A stretch of DNA of 64,000 nucleotides, taken from Ophelia neglecta. Taxonomy: Eukaryota. The notes beneath the pieces are model-generated. The model was given only the letters and a program-made list of their open reading frames with translations, did not search any database and had not been told where the DNA came from. This document shows, one piece after another, positions 1-11,357 of this stretch. Each line of letters opens with the position of its first letter. Position 1 is the stretch's first letter. The translations under genes were made by a program, and so were the position numbers. The stretch covers positions 39,990,001 through 40,054,000 of the forward strand of contig OZ260665.1 in assembly GCA_965285935.1 (NCBI GenBank), given 5' to 3'.

Positions 1-99
1 TTGTCTACCAAAGGACTCTGTTGTTGAATCAAAGATTCAGAATAATATAACGTCAGCCTGTATATTTGAATATTAAATGGAGCTTGCACACCAGGCCAG

Positions 100-560
100 T
101 CGGAACGGATGTTATTACATAATTCACGCCTCAGGATTTCTTTGATATAATAAGTAATGCTGTTTTATTTAAGGCAGCATCTTAAAAGCGGTGAACTCTG
201 TGTAACTAGGTAACCCATTAGTCCCCGTCAAAATCTTAATGCAGTTTGCTATTTTTGTTTTTAAGTAAGAGTGAGCATATTTAGCAAATGAGCAACCTGC
301 TGTGCTGACCTGTGTAAAATGTTTCAGCACAGTCTGAGAATTACACCTGACAGTCAAACATTCGTCTAATTCTGTCTGTATATATTCACTGAGGGATTTC
401 TTGGCAGGAATGTTGTATGTATATCGGTACACAAGCAGCAGTCATTACCAGTCACACGTATGGCATCTGAAAGATTCAGGTGACGCAGACGACCAACATT
501 GACCTGCGTGCTAGCATAAAATTCAAATGCTTTTTTATGAAAATGTTTCAAATTTAGTGA
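100..560 (-). mobile_element. Possible highly decayed non-LTR retrotransposon ORF2 C-terminal fragment
   Basis: KIANCIKILTGTNGL followed, after a frameshift, by CCLK*NSITYYI resembles the 'L.G..GL...CxxC...E...H' tail of invertebrate LINE ORF2. Compare AQIVMALTTKTSGL at 38.9 kb. Confidence 0.3.
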
Positions 561-1088
561 CCAAAAATGTTATTGATGCAACAAAATTTAGTTTGTCCGT
601 GTAATGCCCCACGTCTTTGCAAAAAGATCAAGAAAAACAACATATTTTTAGGAAGAATATTTTAACTGAGTAACAAATGTATTTGAATGAAAATAGGAAA
701 TCACTTGATGTTATATTAATGGATAATTGACGAAAGGGGATGAGGGGGCAGCACTGCATAGATATAGGCAGGATATGAGGCATGCTTGATCTCCTATATT
801 CAGTGTGATTTATGTTAAAAAGGCGAACAATAATTATAATGCCTTATGGAATAGGAAGTTTTATATAAACTGAAACGGGTGACATATAGTTGCCCGACTT
901 TTTGAAAATAAATATATTGATGTCATTAAATTTCTCGCTCTTGCGAAAATTCGTCCAGCAATCCCAACATTTGAGCAGGTAAACAAAAAAGACCCTAGAG
1001 AGCAATTGTTGCACTATTTTAAAGACATATCCTCTGGCCCTCAGCATATGGTGAATAGCATCGTTTTCCCAGATTTAGCGCTAATCAA

Positions 1089-1285
1089 TTTGGCTTTAAT
1101 ATTTGCCATCGCCCGCGAAAAAGTCTTGTACGTACGCTAATCCCATTAAAAGTGCCATGGGTAGACCCAGGGAGGCATGTGGGCTGAAGAGATCCAGGCG
1201 TTGAGATGCCTCTTGATCGATGGCGGTTAGGGGTTACCGTTAACCGAATGCTCTTGCTTGCATTTACAATCCTCCTCGAGCCAAA
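1089..1285 (+). ncRNA. PK-family structured element (pseudoknot not found)
   Basis: P0 tttggctt 1089-1096 / gagccaaa 1278-1285. P1 ttgccatcg 1103-1111 / cgatggcgg 1218-1226 encloses several hairpins (cccat/atggg, ccca/tggg, aggc/gcct). G-U pairs favour +. Confidence 0.45.
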
Positions 1286-3020
1286 GTCTATATTCTCTTA
1301 TTGGGGCAGACGTACACATGCTCGCCAGTCACCTATTATAGCTGAAAGCTACAAGATAACGAAATATATAACCATTGATGGTTGATGATGACTGCCGCAG
1401 CCTCAGTGTGTTTGGCTTATTTGCATACTCTGGTAGTGTGGTTTTTTTTTACATTTTTGATGTTTGGCAAAAAATTGATACTTATGCATTTTGAAAGAGG
1501 GCAAAGTAGAGGAGAAACGTTTATTGGCAAACCCGAGAGTTATATAACAGCTGACATGCTTGTTGAGGTATTTAACAGCTGCACACCAATGACTTGGACA
1601 CCTTGCTTACCTGCCAATCTCCAATCAAGAATGGAGACGTGAGATGGAGAAACAGAAAATACTTCACCTGACATCTTGGCTTCAATAAGCAATTTTTACA
1701 CCATTGCAGCTTTTACTCTGTCATTCTCTATAAGGGCTACGTTTCCCAGAAGTGAGGTACATTGGGTCAAATTATCCGTTATTCGTTTTTATATTTCGAT
1801 TATATCACCGTACATGACTGTGTCAAAATAAGGTTGATTGTCTAGTCTTTTCAATATTCTTAAATTTTAAATCCGTCTTTGAATAATTCCATATCAACTC
1901 AAGACACACAAGTTTTATGAATTGTGCCCTATGAGCACTACATCATACGAGCAGTAGGCAGACGATATCCGCAAATCACGCGGACATCTCCCCTATCTTC
2001 TGGAAATTTCGAAGCAGGCAGATGCAGCGAATAACATCGTGACTGAAAGTAGGCCTTTTCCTAGTATTTATGTCAATACTTGAATCTGCAAACATGAAAG
2101 GACTTTTTACTGTTGTTTCATTTGCGATCCAGACAGTCGGTGGGCGCATTAGCCGTATTAAGTTATTGTTGACTATTGCTTTGGAATATGGTTCAATAAA
2201 GCCACTACGTCTACTACCAAACGACAGGAGACCCCGTCTATATTGTTTTAGCTGTTTTATTTAAATCAGTAAACAAGCTTCCTCAACTAGTCAGACGAAT
2301 TTGTTTATTACGTTGCTTTGAGATATTTAGAAAATCAACGTTTACATGATTAATCGTAAAGCCTTCATATCGGTACCAACATAATTACGCCATGAGTACT
2401 TGGGGTTGCATTATTGATCACTCTGCCATTTCATACAGGCTCTCTTCCATTTTGACACGTACCTCATCACCTTCATAATTGTTGCTCAAGTTATCCCACG
2501 TGACTCTACTTGACTCGTGTGCAGCCAACTGCACTTCATATATTGCGTAGTCGGCGACTCATGTTTGTATACTATTCATCTGGCTCGATACTTACCTATA
2601 AAGTAGTTGACACTCTACCATTTTAGTTGGAAGCATTTCTTAATTCGTGTTATTCTGGAACTAAACATATATGTGCAATGTTCTGTCATTGTTAAGACCA
2701 CGACTGGGCATTCAAGTATTTCTATGCCATCGCAGCGTTGTTCTTCGAGCAGTGGATTCGGAAGCACGAATGTAACGCTACTCAAATACAAATTATATAT
2801 GGCCTTGCTTCAAAATACTCTAGCATTTCGCATCTCCGTTGCGCTTTCTCGCCTGGGTTGATTAATAATCATATGCTACGTTAGGCCTGTATGTTACGGT
2901 AGGCCTTTAGCTCGCGATTAGCATCGCATCGACCTATCAGTGGCTTAATAAACGTCAACGTTGATCACACGTACAATTGTATTAGATGCATCTGCACGAT
3001 CCATTCCCATGCATCTGTGA

Positions 3021-3254
3021 GTTCCTATGGACAAGCCTAGCAATTGCTCCTCCTTGCACAGGCTTTGAGTACCGAGCTTTAATTTGAAGGCGTCCAGCAT
3101 GCAAAGCAGTTTGTCGTTAGGAATCAAGACCACTGAAGGGGGTACAATCAATATGGGAAATAAGCTGATTTGTCGGTTATCATATTGTCCAGCGAAAGGG
3201 AGACCCTAATTAAAACAGGTCAGCGTGTAAATGACGATGAGGAGATTAGGGGAC
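3021..3254 (+). ncRNA. PK-family structured element
   Basis: Sequence-similar to 16205-16331 (accgagctttaatttgaaggcgtccagcatgcaaag vs accgatctttaatttgaaggcggtcagcatgcaaag). P2 caatatgg 3149-3156 / tcatattg 3180-3187. Loop gctgatttgt 3164-3173 pairs 10 bp with acaggtcagc 3215-3224, followed by gtgtaaa. Confidence 0.55.
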
Positions 3255-3651
3255 AGAAGACGACCGATCTTCCACACTGTCCAATTATATTGTGTTCAGT
3301 CATTGCTTTCCCAAAATTATTGCGGACTGATGATTAGTGTTCAGACATGTATCTCAAGACAGTTTCCAGCCTCACGGACTATCTTGAATTATTTGACAAT
3401 TGCAATAAGGTCCTTTACGCAATTGTTTTCTTTATGTTTAGGAATACATGATCAAGAGCAACATTTCTAACATATCATATAAACCTAGGGGACTCGAACA
3501 TGCGTATCTAATATATGTACATGAACGCCCATCGGTTTTAAGCTGGTAGCAAATCAATCTGTGTCGGTTTTCTCGCTCATTTTGCCAATACATACCTACA
3601 AAACCAATTTCACGTACCAAGTTCGGAGGGTTTTATTTTGTAATAAGACTT

Positions 3652-3884
3652 TCGATGTAACAAAATTTTAGCAAGTGACCAGAAGGAAGGAACATGTTTC
3701 ATATCCTTTATCCGAAATTTCTTGGCCACTAGTACATGATGAGAGATGGACCGGTCCGAGCAGATATCAGTCTTATGACGGGGCAACGCTTTCCAATCAC
3801 GGAATGGGTCCATTACGGTCCCGTGTTGCCCGGTTCTACCCCCGGGAGGCCAACACATAGTTGCTGGCAGGAGTCGCAATCAAG
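3652..3884 (-). ncRNA. PK-family structured element
   Basis: Minus-strand CCTGCC (ggcagg 3866-3871). Stems gggcaac/gttgccc and cacggga/ttccgtg; P2 tatctg/cggata; PK 3720-3730 / 3674-3683; then ctaaaa. Four G-U pairs form only on the minus strand. Confidence 0.5.
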
Positions 3885-4710
3885 CTTAGACAGATGTGTA
3901 TTGAGACTGATAGATATGTCCAGGCACGACCCCGAGGGCGCACAATCTCTGCTGCTTGCACCATTTCATTTACAATCTCTCATGGTTATTTTGTCTCAGG
4001 GATGGCCCAATTCATGTGATTAGAGGAATGTCTAAGCATTTTACTGTTAAAAATGAATTTTTTGTTTGTCACCTTGCATGGGTTAAATGGTAAAAAATTA
4101 TAGCATCATTGCAATTCACATGAAAGTTTAAATAAAAGCGCAGGTTATGAGATGTTTGGTTAACTTGAATCTAACACTCGCATCTCTAAGCCAGAACGTA
4201 TGCCTGCGTACACGTGTTTGTATAATTTAATAAGCCTACAGGATATCTTTATGTTTGTCTTAATGTTGTCATCACCTCGCTATTTGATTGCTTAAGCTCT
4301 ACCAGATGACTTTCTTGGCTCATTTCTGGCCTAACTGGTGATATATTTGATTATAATATTCATCTGGCCCCTCACTTATCCGTACAGCGGTTGACAGTAT
4401 AATTGATCATTTCCGATGGAAAGATATCGTCTGCCATTGATAAAAGAGGGATGAGGAAGAGCATATTAATATAATATGCTTCAAAAGACAACATTGCCTG
4501 AGACCATTTACCGGCATTTCAGCCTCAGAGACGCTCTTTCAATGTGGTTTTGGCGTGATTCCTCTTTCACAATGTGTAACAGGCTATCTTTTCACGGTTT
4601 ATGTGCTCCTTGCCCAGATAACCGGCAGCGCCGGAAATCCTTTAGTAGTTTGCCGGCGATCTTGCAAGGTGCTATTCATGTTGTTGTTCTTTCACCTATG
4701 ACAGCCGGGC

Positions 4711-4998
4711 GTTCTATGGCTTATCCTGCCAAGCCGAATCCTAGTTAGGACGGTCACTCACCCTGCGAACAAGCAAGTCAAATTAAACCAGTATGGCCAG
4801 CACGGCCTTTTAGCGTTCATTGACTTGATTGATTTGCTACCGGCTTAAATTTCCAACCTTTAGTTTGGGCGAGAAAAAATCGCCGTTGGACATTTATATG
4901 GCTGATGGCAGGAAACTCAGGAGAATTGACACCGGGTCATGAGGCTGGTGAGAAGGTCACTCCTTTTTCAGCTCTGAAAGCCATCCCCTACTATGGAC
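4711..4998 (+). ncRNA. PK-family structured element
   Basis: P0 gttctatgg 4711-4719 / ctatggac 4991-4998. P1 tcctgcca 4724-4731 / tggcagga 4906-4913 encloses caagtcaa 4774-4781 / ttgacttg 4820-4827, tccaac/gttgga and ggcga/tcgcc. Then ctca/tgag and ggtga/tcact. Confidence 0.55.
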
Positions 4999-5719
4999 AT
5001 GGCACTGCTTCCGTCACTTCATCGTGTAATTTTGCCCCCTCCCCCTCACACACACCCAATTATGAGTACAGTTACCAAGTGGTGATCAATGGTACTCCAT
5101 ACGTTCTCTTGTCGATTTTAGACATAAGCTGATTCTTTTGAAGGCCAAGAGCCATTTGTAGTTAATGGAATCAGAGGTTGCAGAAATCATTCCTGTTTGA
5201 TTTAATCAAATCATGCCCTATATGGTCCACTCTTGTATCGACCATGATGGCATTATGCAGATTTTTACCAGCGTGATATGTATCCCGCTTATAATGAGCA
5301 GGACCATGTCATGTTGTGTCCCTTTATTGGCCATACTTGGTGTAGTTATGTGGTTTGTTTAAGAATATAGGCTATAATTATACATATATGCCAACTCCCA
5401 GTGCATACACCGAAATAGATCAGTTAATAGTATAGAACACTAGGCTACAATGCTGGAGTAAATCAATGTTACTCAACGTGGTCAACATTTCCTTCGACCA
5501 CAAGTAATATAAACTAGAGCTATGTAATGTGTTTGAAGATAATATATACATTAAATAGCAAATCGGCTTCGCCTTTATTTCAACGCCGAATTGTTTGCAA
5601 CAGCCAATGGCCTTAATATTGCAAAATGTCATATGTTTTGTAAACTCTAAGCATCATGCAGGGTTGACTTCATTACCAAATGTCTGTGAGTTTGTCCTTG
5701 GCTTTTACAATCAATGACA

Positions 5720-6110
5720 TGGCTTGGAGCTGAATTTCAGATATTCTTCTTTTTGCATCTAAGGAATACCAAGAATATAATAATCAACGAAGCCCCTTGG
5801 TCTCATCACTATCCAATTCTATTTTTTGCCAATCAATGAGTTATTTCTTTGCTGTGTCTTTGTAGTCTTTTATTTATTGTCTTCAGTCGCCAGACATGTA
5901 ATGCACGAAGAAAAATAACACATTTGATAACAGGCATTTATATGGGACGGTTGAACTAAACGGAATTGAGTATGTGTACAATGAACAAGAAATATCATTA
6001 AAGTTTGTCATCAAAATAATACTCATTAGGAAATGTGTAATTTTAAAATATAATTATGTACTAAGAGTTTCCCTCCCACATCACACGAATGTCACACACA
6101 GGTTAACGGG
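5720..6110 (-). mobile_element. Decayed Penelope-like element, GIY-YIG endonuclease fragment
   Basis: Frameshifted translation gives YSIPFSSTVPYK (cf. Y.IPC..C..YIG) and HSKEITH/IDWQKIELDSDETKGLR*LLYSWY (cf. H....H.IDW...IL..E....R...ES). Confidence 0.4.
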
Positions 6111-8959
6111 AAAATGTCATAATCCTTCAATAAAAATCCGTTTACCAGGCTTGAAGAATTGACATCTGCAGAATGTTTTATTTTGAAGGCCGCTTTCCCA
6201 TCAAAAGTAGGCTCACATAGTACCCCAATGGTTCATAATAGTGCTCATATTTGAAGCCGTATCTTTAAGTCCGCCTTTACATGGTATAAACCACTATCTG
6301 ATATGTTTCTTCTAGGGTCTAGATCGAAGTGGAGCCGACGAAAATATTGGAAATCGCGATTTTTCTTATGAAACGAATTCGACGGTGAATGGAAAGGAAA
6401 ATTGGGTTCCGTGTAAAGACTTTGTGCCTCTTTTTTGAAGCACAAGACGAAATTGCAGTTTTTCCAGGAATAGAAAAAGCAATCAATGAAAACCAACGAC
6501 ACGATTTGGAGAAAGCTTAAATTTGATTGACATGGTATTGATCTTAAAATTACCGTGTATTCTGACACACTGCAGACATTTCAAAATATCGGTTTCGACA
6601 AGATCTAACAACAGATGTCTTTGAAAGTTAAGTCTGACGTTTGTAGCCTTTGTCAAACTAATGTCAAAGCGCCGGATTAGTTTGCAATATTCGATGATAA
6701 AGCAGTATAGGAAATGAACCCTTATTTATTTGTTGTGTTTAAACAGTATTTCCTCGCTTAATATTCACCTTTAGCGCTATTTGCAAACCCGCCATAGGTC
6801 TAATTCATTCGTTTTCCTGAACAAGTGAACCGTATAATTTGTTTAACAACTCAAATTTTATAAAATATTGGAAAATACATGCAATTTGGGAACGCACTTC
6901 TGGTTCTCAGTCTCGTGTGACGACACATGAATGTACTATGCTGATGTTGGCAGATGCTTTCACATATATGCGTGCATTCATCCTCTGCTCGTTTTCTATT
7001 TTTCCTGCATCGAGCTGCCAATTTTCTGTCTTTAGCAAATACTATCCTAGGCCGCTATATCTGCCCATACCTTTGAGGTATAGTTATGGGTTTAGAACGT
7101 TGATAATAGTTTGTTTCTTTATTGAACTGCTAAGAAACATGCTCCAATGGTGTGGGTAGAATTGCTTATAGTTTCTACACAGTCTTTGTTCCCTACTTGT
7201 TTATATAGTGTTACCATGCAATAAGTATACATGCCGACCTGGAGGAGGAAAGACTTTTATTACAAGGTTTGGTTTTTTAGCCATCGTGTTCAAAGGTCGA
7301 CCTGGAGGAATCTGCTAGACGAACGCCAATGTTGATGGCCTTGTACCAATAAATCCAGGTGTACAATGTTGTTTGGAGTCAAATTCCTTCATTAAGCGGG
7401 AAGCCTGCTATAAGCTCCGGACACTGCCAGGGAGATCAGCTCCGTATATTGCTCGTGATCTCATCAAAGCTGGGACAACTTGTAGCTGCCGGCATGTGGT
7501 GGAGCAATTCACTGAAGGACACTCGAGGAAGGGAAAGACATTAACGTGAACACACTGACCGAAGAAAGAAGCTAGCTGCCAAGCATCTCTAAATTATCAA
7601 CACTTCTATATACATTTTGTGAAACGTGACTTCCAGGTACACGTTTTCTCGGTCACATATACATCGAAAAAGCTATTTTCACCTTAGTAGCCTAATAGGC
7701 GTGCTTATAAATCAATGAAAACGTTGACTTGATCAAAGGCCATGCTGGTAGGCATCATCATTTTAAATATCGGGTACTTTTAATTCGTAAACTGAACGTG
7801 ACTGTCTATTAGAATTGGCGTTCCCAACGAGCTGGTGTGTTTTGATGGAAAGAGGCAGGTGAATATCAAATGCTAACAAGTTGTCTATTTTCTCCAGGAA
7901 TGTGACCATCTGTCGTCAATCGCCTGTGGCAGGCGGCTCCAGGTATCCCCATAAACACCAAGTGTATGAGTTACGAGCTTCGAAACCTATTGAGATAGCA
8001 GTCAATTTCGTTCTCCTTCACATGCAGGCCCTCTTAACAAGTCATCAAAGCCATCTAAAAGTTCCAGGGGTTATACGGGGTCCGTGATAAGGCCAGGGCG
8101 CTAGGCCTATATTAATAGTATCTTCTTTCCTCCACAGGCTGGTTAGTTCACCATGTCATACTCTGCTCTGGGTGGTGTGATGTTTTCAGATTAGGTATCC
8201 TAACAAACATGAAAGCTCTTAATACACTATAGTGACCTTAATGAGTATATTGTTATACATGCTAAAACCAATCTTAGTTCCAAACAAGCTCCATTGAGGT
8301 GAAGGGAGAATTTCCCAATGTACCATGCAGTAGCCTCCGTGTGTAATATGCATCATTTTACTATAATAAAAGTGTAGTGTTTACTCGTTATTTGTACGCT
8401 ACTATGTTTATCATATAGACTATTAGAAACTAAATTTAAAGATGTACTACGCTTTTCACAAGGATGTAGTTTATTTATTATTTCTATTCAAAGTCCAGTT
8501 TAAAACAGTAACAGTTGAAACATGGAAACAAAGCTACTGCCGACGCAATACTGTTTTAAATGAACATCATTAAATGTATAGTTGGCTTAGGGAAAATCAG
8601 TGTAAAATAACATTAAACATCTAACTTAGCTATAATCTAAATGAAATACTGATAACAAGTGTCTTTAAAAAGTCATATCGTCAAGGGATTTGGGTGTATG
8701 GGTCTATGGGATTTTTTACTACTCCGTCCGAAAGATGGGAATTTAGGTCTTGCCTTTAGAAAGTGAGCGGTTGCCACTAAGGTTTTGCACTGAGAGAGAA
8801 CGGTATCTACCTAGGTATTGCTAGTTTGGCCCAGTCCCAGTTTGCACTTCCCAACACTAGTTACCATAGTTTAAAAGTATTGTTTTACTACAGTTTAGTT
8901 TAAATGGGCGACCTTATTCATATTATAGATATCTTTGTTTATAAAAGTATTAATTGTAT

Positions 8960-9180
8960 TGATTTGTTTTGTGGGTGTCTGCCAAGTATTAAAGCCAGTG
9001 GACGTTCCGGCACGTCGCCCTGATGTCGAAATGGCCGTCTATCTTAGGACGATGTGCTCATGACTAGTGGAGCAGCTTATCATTTCAGCCATCTTCTGGT
9101 GACCCAGAAGTGACTGCTATAGTTTTATGTTACTCTCTCTTGATTCTCATGTGTGTCTTTACTGGTAAAAGGGAGAAAGC
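8960..9180 (+). ncRNA. Probable PK-family element
   Basis: tctgcc 8978-8983, then hairpins gacgt/acgtc, cgtcta/taggacg and tgctc/gagca, then ttatca with P2 tcatttc 9080-9086 / gaagtga 9107-9113. Confidence 0.35.
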
Positions 9181-9620
9181 CTTATCATGTGATTTTCTTG
9201 CATTATATAGCTTGGTATTGGCTCACGACTTCCTAGCTTTGTTTTTATGCAATAAAAGGCGGATAGGCGATAAGAAAGAAAAGGAAGTGCCTATAATAAT
9301 AATCGTTCTAAGATGATTTGTCCAACTTTGCTAGGCGAACAACAGGACTACCTTTGCAACCATATTTCTTAATGGGCTAGGCCTGCTTGTATTTATTTAC
9401 TGGTATCGGTAGTAATCGATTCTCCTGGATGGCCACTATCAAAACAATTTAACGCATGAAATAAATGACACAATGGCATACATTCGTTGTAATTGAGTAT
9501 ACTCCAATGGTCATATCATTGGCTTATATAGCATGTTCAAGCCACGTGTGAAAAAGAACTCATTATTCCCCCATTATCTGGAAAGCGTGCTTTACGGGTC
9601 ACATGGAAGGTTATACGTTA

Positions 9621-9784
9621 ATAATTGGGCGATGCCCGAGGAGTAGTCGGGTTCTTGTTGACATATAGTTAATATATGTAGTCATCCCTGATTCGGAGGC
9701 GTGTCTCTTGTGCGAAGCTACCACATAGTTTAGCGAGAGATATTCGGTGGATTATTTAACATAAGAGCTAATGCCGTGAATTGT
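9621..9784 (+). ncRNA. PK-family structured element
   Basis: P1 tgcc 9633 / ggcg 9698 leads directly into a 9-bp P2, tgtctcttg 9702-9710 / cgagagata 9734-9742 (G-U on +). Short PK ccac/gtgg. P0 ataatt/aattgt. Confidence 0.45.
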
Positions 9785-11133
9785 CGTCTCAGGTTTCCCT
9801 ACCTCACCTTCCTTCTATAAGATTCCACAGTTACGAACTGAATGTCGTCAGTCGTACTTCTAGCCCAGTATTCCTTGCTTCTAATGGCAAAAACCAAATC
9901 ACTACATCACTGCCAAATCAATTTTAATAAAGCATCTACTAATGCCTTAAAATCCCAAATAAAATGGCCACGTCTTGTAAAAGTATAAATACAATTGGCG
10001 ATGGAGAAATCCGGCTATACTAAAGTCTTGTGACCTGAAGGTAGTTGAAGTTAGGTACACCCTCCGATTGTTTTCTTCTTTACGGTCCGGCCAATAGGGA
10101 TTTAGGTTTGGATAAATATTGATAGCAACCACCAAATACTTGGTGGTGGTTGAGATATACTCGGTCGTTCGTTCGGAAAATGCACCGATTACGCCTCACA
10201 CTCAGCGCTGCTCCTCTCGTAATTGTGGAGGTCAATTGAAATGGTGTCTCCGATCAGTTATTCGAAGGAAATCAAAGTACTAACATGTTTTATAAAAAAC
10301 ATTATGTTATCAAACCCTCATTTATTTCGACTAATTGAAGTCTAATGGAATTTTCAGTTTTTTTACAATAAAACCTTCGGTAATTGAGACGGGTTGAGGG
10401 TTAGCGTGATCAAAACGTCCAGATCCGGTCGCCTATTCAGACACTAGCAACTTATTATACCGCAAATTTGTCTACGCTGCACTATAACAACGCCAGAGCT
10501 AGGGGTCGCAATTTTGTAGCAGGGTTTTCCTCTAAATTTAAGCCATTTTGTATATGCTGGCTGGTGTGCATAGATGTGACAGGTTCACATGGTATTGTTC
10601 CGATTATCAGTCGCTTTGAAGATATGTGTAGGAATTGATAAATATACTAATTAGTATGTTAGGCACTGCTCCAGAGCTCTCGCTATTTATAGTTAATATT
10701 AAACAGTAGACAAGTGATGGACTGGTTTTTCTTTGACCTTTTGACCAAAAAGTCTTATATTTTGTTGAAAATGTACATTTCTTACAATCGTACATTATCA
10801 ACGGATACTGGTTAGTATGACTTAATATAATTATGTGGCCTATGCACTTTTACAAAATGTGTGTTTGATTGATATTAGCCAAAACAATCACAAAGTATTA
10901 TTGTAATGAAGACTATTCAATGAAGCTCCCCATCGAATAAGGATCTGGCCGGTATTTTGACCCTGTTAACTGCTCTATTATCGACCGTGATTGCTAGGAG
11001 TGATCTTTGAGTATTACTTGTGCTTGCTAGCATCTAGTCCCTGTTTGATTCATTGATTCTGAAAGGAGGCATCACCTTCCTCATATTGTGGACATTCGAC
11101 ACAAATGTAAATATCGTTTGTGGTTTTTATGTG

Positions 11134-11357
11134 TGCTTGGGGGAAATAGCCTCCGCTTATCACGATTTGAGTATAGAGAGCGGTCACCTAGTCCGGCCGG
11201 TTTGATTGTTCTTTAACCGAGCTAATAACAGGATGATGAGCTCAGTCTAGACGGACATCGATCAAGATAATCTCAAGATGGCTTGGACGGTGTATCTCCC
11301 GGTTCAATCAAATACCAACCGTCTTCCGAACTGTTTATTCACGTTATAACTGAAGCA
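11134..11357 (+). ncRNA. PK-family structured element
   Basis: ccgctt/gagcgg domain. P2 gtttgattg 11200-11208 / caatcaaat 11305-11313. Loop ggacggt 11285-11291 pairs with accgtct 11318-11324. P0 tgctt/aagca. Confidence 0.45.

Noticed and set aside
1184-1246. CUGAAGA followed by a GAUC/GAUC stem (hammerhead-like)
   Set aside because: No GAAA after stem II. The PK-family fold explains the region better.
7230-7330. cgacctggagga direct repeat with an RTE-like LLQG...GRP translation
   Set aside because: Too short and too frameshifted to call.
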